Of a stretch of 33,618 bases of DNA, positions 8,663-18,614 are shown piece after piece (within the stretch, counting starts at the first letter, position 1; the number at the start of each line of letters is the position of its first letter). Both the position numbers and the translations under genes were made by a program. A model generated the notes under the pieces. The model was not told the origin of the DNA. It searched no databases and worked only from the letters and a program-made list of their open reading frames with translations. Origin of the DNA: Octopus sinensis (lineage: Eukaryota). The stretch covers positions 1-33,618 of the forward strand of contig NW_021831718.1 of NCBI RefSeq assembly GCF_006345805.1, in the 5' to 3' direction.

Positions 8663-11516
8663 ATGGGAAAATCTTCTAAAGATAGACGAGACATATATTA
8701 GATTTGCCAAAGAACAAGCATGGAGAGCGAGAAGTGCCTTTAAGCTCATACAAGTAGATGATCATTCAATCTTCTTAACAGTAATCTTACTCATAACAAA
8801 TCAGATTGCAAGTACGTCGTGGATCTCTGTGCCGCACCAGGAAGCTGGACCCAAGTAATAACAAAACGACTGCGGTACAATAATTTAACTATCTCAGAGA
8901 CATACACAATGACTCCAATCAGTTCAAAGTAGTGTCAGTGGACGTTCAGGAGATACAGCCACTGCAAGATGCTATTACACTGCAATGTGACATTACAGAT
9001 GTTTATACAGTAGACTATCCATTTAACGAAAAAAAATTTAACGAAAATATTCATTTTACGAAAATCAAAATATTTTTTTACGTTGTTCCTTAGATAAATT
9101 CAAAAATAAAATTTTTTTTCTTTGTATTAGTGAATATTTAAATATATTTAACGAATATTTAAATAACGAAAATTAAAATTTTTGATAAAATTTTAAAATA
9201 ATTTTTCCTCGCTATTTCTTTGTAGTAAACCATGTGTGCAAGGGTGAACAATGAAGAAAAAAAGAAAAACTTATCAAATTCAACAAAAACTGGAAGTTAT
9301 TGATTTCAAGAAAAATAATCCTGATGTTACTCAAGAAAATTTGGCTCAGCGGTTTAATATGCCTATTGGAGTGATCAATTCAACGTTGAAGAAAATGCAA
9401 TTGTATGGATCAAGGCGTCACAAACAAAAAAAGAATATTACATTTAAAAGTTGTACTGATAAGATATATGACCATGGATTCAGAACAAACGTTTCTGTAA
9501 TCACACCATAACTAATGAAATGGTACGCGAAATGGCACTCAAAATTGCTCAACGATTTTATATTGAAAATTTCAAAGCATCTCACCCATGGATTTCACGC
9601 TTTAAGGAAGAGTATAAAATAAAAACACTCACGATTTCTGGAGAACAATTAGTGGATCCCGTTTTGCTTATAGATTCATATGAACGCTTTGCAGCCATGT
9701 TAAAAAATATGGATCGAAAAATTTTTACAACTGCGATGAAACTGCCCTTTTTTTCAAATGTACTCCAAAAAAACATTAGTTCTTGACTCCGAATCAAGGG
9801 CTTCAGGAAAATTTTTTAAAGAACGAATAACACTGTTATTATGCACAAATATGGAAGGAGATAAAGAGCATCCGTTGGTAATCGGAAAATTCAAAAATCC
9901 TCATGGTTTTAAAAATATTAATATGAATAATCTTGGGATTCAATATGCAAATAGCAATAAATCTTGGATGACCAGTTAATTTTTAAAAACTGGGTTGAAC
10001 GGTTAAATTCCAAAATGAGTGTGGAAAATAGAAAGATTTTGCTTCTTTTAGATAATGCGCCAGTTCACTATTTTGATGGCGAATTCAGTAATATCGAATT
10101 GTATTTTCTTCTTCCAAAGACAACATCTAAGATTCAACCAATTGATCAAGGGATTGTGCATTCATTTAAATTGTTGTATAAAAAAGGAATCACTAGAAAT
10201 TTGAGTATGGGAACAAATATAGGAACATTGTCATATACAGATGAACTTACCAAATTCAAATTAGTGAATGCTCTACCTTTAATTATTGAGGCTTGGAACG
10301 AAGTCACAGTGGACACTATCAAAAATTGCTTTAACAAGGCATATAATTTGTTTAGTGAATCATTTTTCAACTGAAAGAAAAAAAAATTAAATAATTGGGC
10401 GAAGATCGATGAAAAAATACTTGAAGAATCCACTGACGAAAAAGGTATTAAATTTAAATCACCTTACAATTAAAGATAATAAAAGTGAAATTATGATTGA
10501 GTTTCCTGTCTGTGCACCTGTCGTCTGCGAAGAAAACGCGTATCTTGATACAATACAATGTGAGGAAGAAAATGAGCATGAAGAAATAGATAGCACAAAT
10601 GACAATCCCATTGGTTATGCAGATGCACTTAAATATTTGGAAAATATTGAAAAATATTTTTTGCAAGAATCTGGTGAACATATTCACCTAATTACAAATT
10701 TGAGAAATATATTGGCAAAAATTAAAAAGAAGGAACCTAAAATTACCGATTACATGACACATTTTTAATTAAACAATTTTTTTCGTTAAATTCATTTAAC
10801 GAATGCTCAATTTTCATTTTCGTTAAATGAATAGTCTACTGTATTTATTTTAATACTGTTAGAGCAAAACAGTCGATTTGATTATTCAGAATTTGGATGG
10901 AAATTTGGCCGACCTCGTTGTATGTGATGGAGCCCCCGATGGTTGTCCGTTTATTATTTTATTTAGTCACGGGACTGCATGACATGGACGAGTACATGCA
11001 AGCTCAACTTGTGCTTTCAGTAAGTTTATTAATATTTTTACAAGGCACTTAAAATATCCGTTAAATTGTTGAAGAAAGGAGGGTCTTTTATGTCTAAAGT
11101 GAGAAATTCAAATTGTTCTTAGATTTTTCGAGCTAAAAATTCTGATCTACTATTTTCCCAATTGAGATTGTTTTTTGAGGACCTTTCTGTTGCTAAGCCT
11201 GCCAGCAGTCGAAATTCGAGTGCAGAAGCGTTTGTAGTTTGCAGAGGATTTTGTGGCGCGGAAAAGGCACCAGAAAATTCATTTTTATTGTTTAAACATC
11301 AAAATTCTTTCCGTCCAGAATTTCTTTTTTGTGGAGATCTGAATTCATTGGATTCAGATAAAACTTATATGTTAGAAGTAGTATTTATACTTTCATTAAT
11401 GTCAGTTTGGAGAGGAGGAGTATGTATACCGCGAACCTATTCAGCCTCCTATTAATCCACCATATAAGGAGGCTTGTCAACTTAAAAAATGTGATAAACC
11501 AAGTCGTTTTTTATGA
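8663..11516 (+). CDS. FTSJ1: tRNA (cytidine32/guanosine34-2'-O)-methyltransferase FTSJ1/TRM7; two frameshifts in exon 1 as assembled
   Basis: MGKSSKDRRDIY, WRARSAFKL, VDLCAAPGSW, VVCDGAPDVTGLHDMDEY, KIFR, KPASSRNSSAEAF and LDSDKTY are present, with the K-D-K-E tetrad intact. Introns: 8781-8804, 8875-8897, 9001-10862, 10942-10966, 11020-11044, 11099-11122, 11378-11405. Confidence 0.92.
9008..10841 (+). mobile_element. full-length pogo/Tigger DNA transposon
   Basis: 25-bp TIRs CAGTAGACTAT(C/T)CATTTAACGAAAA with 1 mismatch; TA duplication at 9006-9007 and 10842-10843; repeated TTTAACGAA subterminal motifs. Confidence 0.95.
9251..10768 (+). pseudogene. Tigger transposase (HTH_psq/CENP-B HTH + DDE_1), split into about 5 frames
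   Basis: KLEVIDF..., FKASHPWISRFK, NCDETALFF, KERITLLLCTNMEG, KSWMT, LLLLDNAPVH, IQPIDQGIV and AWNEVTVDTIKNCF. Confidence 0.9.
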
Positions 11517-11555
11517 TTTTTTAATTAATAAAATTTTTGTATGTTATTTACATAG

Positions 11556-11875
11556 GTAAAATAGTTCATGTACTTGATAGTCGAATCTGGCGATGTTTGA
11601 TAAAGTTATTTAGTTATTTATAGAGGTTTAGATAAATTGGTCGCAAATTTAATGCCAGGAAAATTCCCGGTAATTTTCAAGAACATTTTCCAAAGCTGAT
11701 ACAAGACTTGGTTGCTCCTTCGATTATAGAAGAGAATAAAGTTTTCTCAGAGGTTTTAAGACTGGCTTCTCCGAATGTGCAGTTGTGGACACATTTGACA
11801 TAATAGACAATATTTTGGTGCAGATTGTTGGGCGGAAACATGCTGTGCTGTTCCTATCTCCAAGACGCAGTGAAT
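11556..11875 (+). pseudogene. TYW5: TYW5 (tRNA wybutosine hydroxylase, JmjC) internal fragment
   Basis: ARKIPGNFQEHFPKL...FSEVLRLASPNVQLWTH/DIIDNILVQIVGRKHAVLF.SPR matches TYW5 (PRKDVADIRKQFP...[40 protein letters not shown]). There is an in-frame TAA at 11633-11635 and a 1-nt deletion near 11795. It is truncated by a CRE-like fragment. Confidence 0.75.
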
Positions 11876-11889
11876 TTTTTTAATATCTA

Positions 11890-12660
11890 CCCAAATAACA
11901 ATATATTAATTCAAGGCGATAAATTCGAAAACGCTTTTGTCTTAAATGATTGATCGTTAGTAAATTTCGAAGATGAAAAAAAGTTAATTAGATTAATTTT
12001 CAAAAGGAATTCACATATGGTACATCCCAAACGAGATATTTGGCATTCCGACAAACGTGTCAATCCGCCAGAACGTTTCAAGTCTTCGCAATCAAGCCCC
12101 ATGTGCTCTCAAATAGAAAAAAATTTTCTGAGTTCAGAACTTTTTTAATAATGTCGTTTAACGTTAAGTGCCTGGTAAATCTATCTTCACCCAGTTTGCA
12201 AGAAAAATAATTAAGTCCCTTAAAATCGAAAACTTTCAAACATCGATCGCAACTGAAAAGCAAATTTAGAAATAAAAAGATCGTTGTTGATAAGCTAAAA
12301 GATCAAATGAGCCTTTAGAGACGCGATTTCAATCTTATTGTGTATACAATCAAGCACGACTTTCTTTTCTGTAAGGGCTTTTTTTTGATTCAGCTGGGTA
12401 TATTGGGGAACCAAAATACTTAATTTCTATAACTAAGAGGTCTTTGATGTTTCTCTTTTAGAAGAAAAAGATCTGTTGAAATTGGGAATGTCTGCCGACT
12501 GAGAGAGTTTATTATGGATAATCCTCTAAGGAGTGTCCAAAAACTCTGGATTTTGTGGTTTAATTTATAGTTTGCTCGAGAATTTAATAAAGGAAGAGCT
12601 CGAGAAAGGAAGGGTTTTAACAATAGGGAAAGACTACAAAGGCAAAGCAAAGATTGTACA
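11890..12660 (-). mobile_element. CRE-like RLE retrotransposon 3' fragment (copy B, heavily decayed)
   Basis: CDRC...FSCKLGEDRFTRHLTLNDIIKKVL (zinc knuckle plus RH..LND) followed by GLDCEDLKRSGGLT (degenerate GL.R.DGKRPDG.T). Confidence 0.65.
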
Positions 12661-12772
12661 AATAAGCTTTTGAGTCAGAAGATAGGACGGATTTAACTGA
12701 ATAAGATAGTGAGTGAATTCAATTGACAATAATCCTAACTGATTTTGGAATACGACTTATAATTTTGGCCAA

Positions 12773-13390
12773 ATGCCAGTGCAAAGAAAGGAATATCAAA
12801 AAGTTGTGAATTCCGTCTGTGAGTAGAAAGTTTTAGTCGGGGATAAACATTGGCTATTATTCTTTCAAAAAAACTAAAATGATAGAAATTCCCAAATCGA
12901 CTGTGAGATTTGCGAGAATAAAATTGTTCAAAGACGGCACAAAAATGCGAAAATTAAATATAGATTTTTTTAGCAAAACCGTCGTCAAATCAAAAAACAT
13001 ATTACAATTGATCTCGAGGAATGAACCATCAATTTACGCTGTGTATCTTGCTCAAATAATCGAATTTAAATTTAATGTTGACGTATCTCCCAAACATTTG
13101 GTCCAATACTGAATTCATTTGGGTTATATTTCCGAGTAGCAAAACATAAACTTCTTTTTAGATGGGAAAATATCAAATTCAGATGGTTAATTTCGAGATA
13201 TTTTTCATATAAAGGAGTGAATAATCTTGTAATTATGAATAAAAAATAAACCGTGGGAAATCTTTAAACATTTTATAAAATAATCTTGAGCAATCGGCGT
13301 TAAAAATGGAGTTAAACTCATTTATTTTCAACAAGGAATATTTCATATTAATTTGTTATTAAAATACAAAAAATCTTTTTGTGTCCAGGT
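12773..13390 (+). mobile_element. decayed Tc1/IS630-like transposase relic
   Basis: IPKSTVR (HTH) and ISRNEPSIY...FKFNVDVSPKHL..Y..HLGY resemble the winged-HTH segment. Multiple stops. Confidence 0.35.
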
Positions 13391-13400
13391 AATTAATATA

Positions 13401-14667
13401 CAGTGAATCCTCGAAAATTGGCCAAAATTTTTTGAATTTATTTTTTTAATTAGAAAATAAACTATTTTTTAATGACATGTCTTATAAAATTTACTCGTGG
13501 ACGTTATACTCGCTGACTTTTCATGAAAAAACTCAAATTATAAACTACAAGGTAGAAAATGATAGTGTTTTGTGTCAGCTTTTGGCTGACAGATTCTCAC
13601 ATCTATTCAGCAAGACGATCTCGAGAAAAATGATTAATAATCCACTGCTTAATAAGGATTATTTGATTTGAAAATCTATTAAATTTTTTAAAACTGCTCA
13701 CAAACCTTAATTTCCTATGCTTGAAGAAAAATTGGTAGAATGGATGGATACAATAGAGTCTAAAGATATTAATTGAAAATTAATTTCTAGGCGGTTTTTT
13801 GGAATGATTCCTTAATACCTTGTAAGGCTGCGCATTTTGCCGAAAAGTTAAAACTTGATAATTTTAAAATTTTACCGGATTTTTGGAAAAATTCAAAAAG
13901 AGGTATGATTTTAAAATGCCAAAATTATATCGAGAGATTTGGACTGATAAAGTAGTTGACATTAATTCGTTTCGTCAATTATTTAAAGAAATTGCTAAAT
14001 CTATAATCTGGATGAAACTACAAACTTATTCAGCGAAAAAAATATGCAAAAACCGATTCCAAGGATACAAATATTATATAGACCGTGTGTATATTATGCT
14101 TTGTTCAAATATGACCGGAAATCATAAATAAAAACCAGTTATGATTGGAAAACCGAAAATGCTTAGATGCATTAGAAATGTCAACTATGGATTTCTAGTC
14201 TCATATTATAGCTCACAGAAAGCTTGGATGACTGCATCTATATTTATTGATTGGATTATCAGTTTTGACCTGTAGCTTAAAATTAGAAAGAAAATTTTAT
14301 TTCTAATAGACCACTGTCCTGCACATTGTATCCCTAAAAATTTAATAATTGAACACTATGATAGTGATAATTGAACACTATGATACAAAAATCACATATC
14401 AACTTGATGGAAAAAACATAGAATTTAGATTAACCGGAATAGAAAGGGAACTTGACTATAGTGCAGAAAAAAATGAAAATGATGTTTTGCCCATTACTAC
14501 AATAAAAAAAAGCAAACCTAAAACGGGAAAGTAAAAAGAAATTAGGGATTAAATTTTATTTTAATTAAATTTAAACGTGTCTGTTTTAATTTCTAAAGTA
14601 TTGATTATTTCAAATTGGCCATAAAATTTTCATGTCCTAAAAATAGCCAAATTGCGAGGATTCACTG
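13401..14667 (+). mobile_element. pogo/Tigger element, internally decayed, TIR-bounded
   Basis: TIRs CAGTGAATCCTCGAAAATTGGCCA / CAGTGAATCCTCGCAATTTGGCTA; TA at 13399-13400 and 14668-14669; remnants FPMLEEKLVEW, MLCSNMTG, KAWMTASIF and IDHCPAH. Confidence 0.9.
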
Positions 14668-14884
14668 TATTTTACGTTAAAATACAAAAAACAAAAATAA
14701 ATTTAAATATTAAAAAAATAATGGTATTGAGAGAAAGAATGATTTTAAAACATTAAACTATCATTTTTAAGAAAAAATTTGATTTTTGGCAAATCCAATC
14801 CCTTTTGTGGGGCATTCTAAGTCCTCAAGTAGCAAATAAGACAAAACAAAATATTGACAACAAAAAAAAGAAAAATTTAATTTA

Positions 14885-15400
14885 TATTAGTCGCTGAGCG
14901 GATGGACAAGCAATTTCCACGTAATATCTCGACAGATTCTGCTTGAAAATCTACATCGTTTCACGACTGTTGTAACTCCTCTTCGATTTGATTAAACCAA
15001 TCTCTGAGAAGAATTTAAGAGCTTTTTGGCCAATCACCCCACTGTTTTCAAAGCCCGGGGAACGAAGCAACAAGTTTTGACCAAGGGAGCATACTTTGCG
15101 ATTTCTTTTGGTTTTAGCCATAGCACAGGCAAATCTATGGCTAAAACATAGTCTATGACCACTGATGACGAAAACGAGTCGACATATGTTACATCCCATA
15201 GGAGGGAAAGTCCCATTTTGAACTGGAATAAAGTAGACCTGTCAGGACGCTTTCCGATTCCACGGTCTAGCCCAACTGGTTCCAGTACTGAAGGAAATCC
15301 AGTGGCGCTAAGCGAACGTCAAAACACAATTCAGTGAAGAGTGCTTTAGAATCCTCCTGGCACTGAGACAAAACATGAATATTGTTCGTGAATGAATGTG
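14885..15400 (-). mobile_element. CRE-like RLE retrotransposon 3' fragment (copy C)
   Basis: GFPSVLEPVGLDRGIGKRPDRSTLF...LLWDVTYVDSF...AKYAPL...ENSGVIGQKALKFFSEIG, with frameshifts. Confidence 0.8.
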
Positions 15401-15829
15401 CTTTAGAATCCTCGTTGGTTAAATTCACGGAGTCTATAAATGGCGAAAAGAATCCACAGAACATGAAAATTAGACTTGCTTCCATTTTTTAAATTATTTT
15501 TACCTTTTTTTAAATTTCTTTAATGTCGGCGGATTTTCAAGCCGAAAAAAATCGTCATTGGTGGACGAAATAATGAGATTTCCATTCAAAAATATTACCA
15601 AAAATTAAAAAAAATGTTTGTTGTGATTTAATAATTATTTAGTGGAGATACTGATAATTAAGAATTTTCCTGTAAGCGGAAAAACGACAAGAAATGGACA
15701 AAAAAGTCAGGTCAGCAAAAAAGTTATAGAGAGCTGAACTCTTCCGCCAAAGGTAAGTCTGTTTGGCAAAAGGTTTGTAAAAAATAAGAACAAAAAACTA
15801 TACCTGAACAGTGTAAATGAAAAAGACGA

Positions 15830-16050
15830 CGTCATTTCTCAGAAAAATGAGCCAGGGATGAGATTATTGTATCTTTACTTCATGAAGAGGCTTGTTAAGG
15901 AATCAATAAGATTCAGCATCTATGCAGTCGTTATTACTTTGGAGTCAAGAGTCGAATCATCAAGAACGTGATATCAAATTGTTCTAAATGCATATTCTTA
16001 GTTCCAGTAAAAATTTACATTGATTTATTTATTAAAGACTGGTAGTCCAG
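15830..16050 (+). mobile_element. integrase H2C2 zinc-binding relic (Ginger/KRBA2-like or gypsy integrase)
   Basis: IIVSLLHEEAC*GINKIQHLCSRYYFGVKSRIIKNVISNCSKC is the H..H/G.N...C..C integrase N-terminal pattern. Confidence 0.45.
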
Positions 16051-16084
16051 AACATCACGTATTTGACTTCTATGCCAAATAAGA

Positions 16085-16620
16085 GATATCAATTTCGTCG
16101 AACGGATTGCACGCCTTGTCGTGAAAGAAAAATGTTGCTAGAATTCTTTGTCACACTCGACTTAACGAAGTCGTCAAAAGAGCTTTAGATAAATGAGGTT
16201 TTCCTTTCACTTTATAGTCAGTTGGTCTCTGCCGGAGTGACGGAAACCGTTCCGACGGGATGACTTTTTTTTTAGAGAATGCAAATCTTTAAAAATCTCT
16301 GATTTCGGAAGCCACCTGTGTTGACTTGTTTTCTGCAACGCTTATACCAGAGATAGTTAACAACCAGAGTTCCGCTAGTATTCAGACTGAAGGAGTCAAA
16401 AAGACAAAACAAGGCTGCATTTTGGACGCTCTAAAGTTTATCTCCATTGCCTTTGAAATCTTTGGAATCTCAACAAGAGTGCGATTCAACTTCTTTAAGA
16501 CATTGGCTGAGAAAATTTTGACGAAAAATTGCGACCGGAAGGAGACTAGCTGACTTTTTCAGCAAATCTCAGTCGCTAAGGTCCGCAAACCTGCCACTTA
16601 ACATGCAGAGTCATTAAGCT
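16085..16620 (+). mobile_element. CRE-like RLE retrotransposon 3' fragment (copy D)
   Basis: GLHALS*...RLNEVVKRAL..GFP...VGLCRSDGNRSDGMT...EATCVD...FISIAFEIFG...DRKETS*LFQQISVA. Confidence 0.75.
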
Positions 16621-16856
16621 GACACTTAGGCTCTTGACTATCGTTTGAGTTATTTTTCTGTTATCACTTTGTCAATTTTTTACAAAAAATTAAATTATTA
16701 TCTTTAAAAGGGATCCTAGCTTTGCGGATCATAAAACGTAAAACACTATTTCGATTATTCTATAATATTTTAACAAAAAATCAATAAGTCGTTTATTCAA
16801 TAAATAAACAAATAAATAGTTCACAAGCATTCAAAAGCATCATTCATCCCAATGTA

Positions 16857-18444
16857 CTAAATGACCTTCTCTAGCCTCATTAAAACCAATAAATTATACT
16901 TTCATGTCTGTAAAGAATAATAAATGCCCAAACAGCCACAACAGATATGACAACAAGCACAATAACACGATCTTGCTTCCGCGACTACAAATAATTCTCA
17001 ATATATACATTTCGTTCCAAATCATCGGTCAATCTTGTATAGTATGAAACATTACTCTCCAATTCAAACAATCTTTTTTGCAACAAATACAAATGATTGT
17101 GCAAAAATCGAACCTTATCCAATTTTAAACTAACAAAACTACTTTATTCATTGTCATTGTATTTTCGTCAGCCAAAGTATCCAGTCTAGCATTCAACTCA
17201 GATATCTTCCGATTATAATATAAACTCATTTCATCCAAATATCTTAAAAATATAATTTATAAATACTTTTCGCTTAAAATTGCAGATTTTTGTAAATCTT
17301 TAATATTTCCGCTTAATTTCAAAAGGGAAGCCATTTCCTTTTGCTGGGAAGTGGACGTGGAATTTTCATTTCGTTTCTTTTCCTCGTCCACTAAGCCTGA
17401 TAATCCCACTTTCGAATCATTTTTATCTTTCGCAGAATGCTTAAAGTCGTCGACTGGACAAAAAACTTGATCTTCCATAAACAAACTCCAAGTTATCAGA
17501 TTTATTCCACCCAAACAATATCCTGAACTTCAAATTTGATAGAAAACCATCAAGGGAATCAATTTCCGTGATTTCTGGGACAGGAGGTGTAACGGAATCA
17601 TGATTATTTGTGTACATAAAAAGCAATTCCTCTTCTGTCAGTCCATAGAACCTAAAATATAATTTTGTAACAAACCGAAAATAAGTCAGAGGGCAGAAAT
17701 GATGCTTTCCTTCATGTTCGACATAGTCAATTCGGATAAATCGAATTAAAAGGTCACTTTCGATCAAAAATTGCCATTCACTAGCCTTTGGAGATTCGGG
17801 TGGAGGGACTGATAACTCTGCAAATGTCCTCCACCCGTCAGTAGGTGGATAACTAATTTAAATAATGTAATAAAATTACTTTTTGTTGTGGATAGCCTAA
17901 TATATTTTGGATGTGACGAAAATAGTTCTAAATTCGCAAATTTGACAGATGTTACATCGATGGAGTCACACAGCTTGATCACAAACCTAAAAAATAATTA
18001 AATATATTAAAAAACCATTTTTTAGCCTCACATGGATTATTTGTATAAAAATCTTTATCATCTGATAGAATTGCCTGTGAATTATGACACTCAGAGTTCG
18101 TTTCGAGTACTTTAGCCCCACAAGAATGTGAAGCGTAGTTTTTATTGATTATATCGTCTTTAAACCCACTTAAATGCCCATTAGTCCCGCCTGAGTATTA
18201 ATAAGTTAATATTTTTTACTATTTGGGTGGTTATTTGTGACATTTGACGGATTGTCATGAGCTTTCCAATCAGAAAATTTCTTTAAATATGTTTCGCTGG
18301 TTATTTCTGTTTTGTTATTTTCATTAGCGTTGTTTATTAAAGAAACACTGTTTTTAGACTATTAATATTATGTGGTTATGATTGAACAATTACATTTTCT
18401 AGTGATACTTTAAATAAGGCAATAATGACCACAACAACAAGCAT
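16857..18444 (-). CDS. SUCO: SUN domain-containing ossification factor / Slp1 (mid-SUN ER membrane protein)
   Basis: Signal peptide, NYASHSCGAKVL, NPCEAKKWFVIKLCDSI, ANLELFSSHPK, HFCPLTYFRFYG, LSEKYLDEMS (coiled coil) and a C-terminal TM helix, with 24-30 nt introns. One frame junction near 17460-17515 is ambiguous. Confidence 0.85.
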
Positions 18445-18614
18445 GCAAAATCGTTATAATTGGAATCAAAAGTTTATTTCATAAATATTATTTTAATAAT
18501 AAGTTGAAATAATTTAACCAGAAAATATTTTTATTTACTTGTTAGTTTATTGTTAATTAGAAACCAATAATGAAGATGTTAGTTTTTTATTAATTAAATT
18601 TTTATAGCTAATCA

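Noticed and set aside
5249-11635. Stop-codon reassignment suggested by in-frame TAA in the L-domain and TYW5 fragments
   Set aside because: The intact genes (VRK1, torsin, NAA25, MRPL20) have no in-frame stops after splicing and end in TAA/TAG/TGA, so pseudogene lesions explain these better.
15341-15413. 16-bp direct repeat GTGCTTTAGAATCCTC as a TSD
   Set aside because: The copies are only 57 bp apart at the 5' edge of CRE copy C, which fits a local duplication or template jump better than a flanking TSD.
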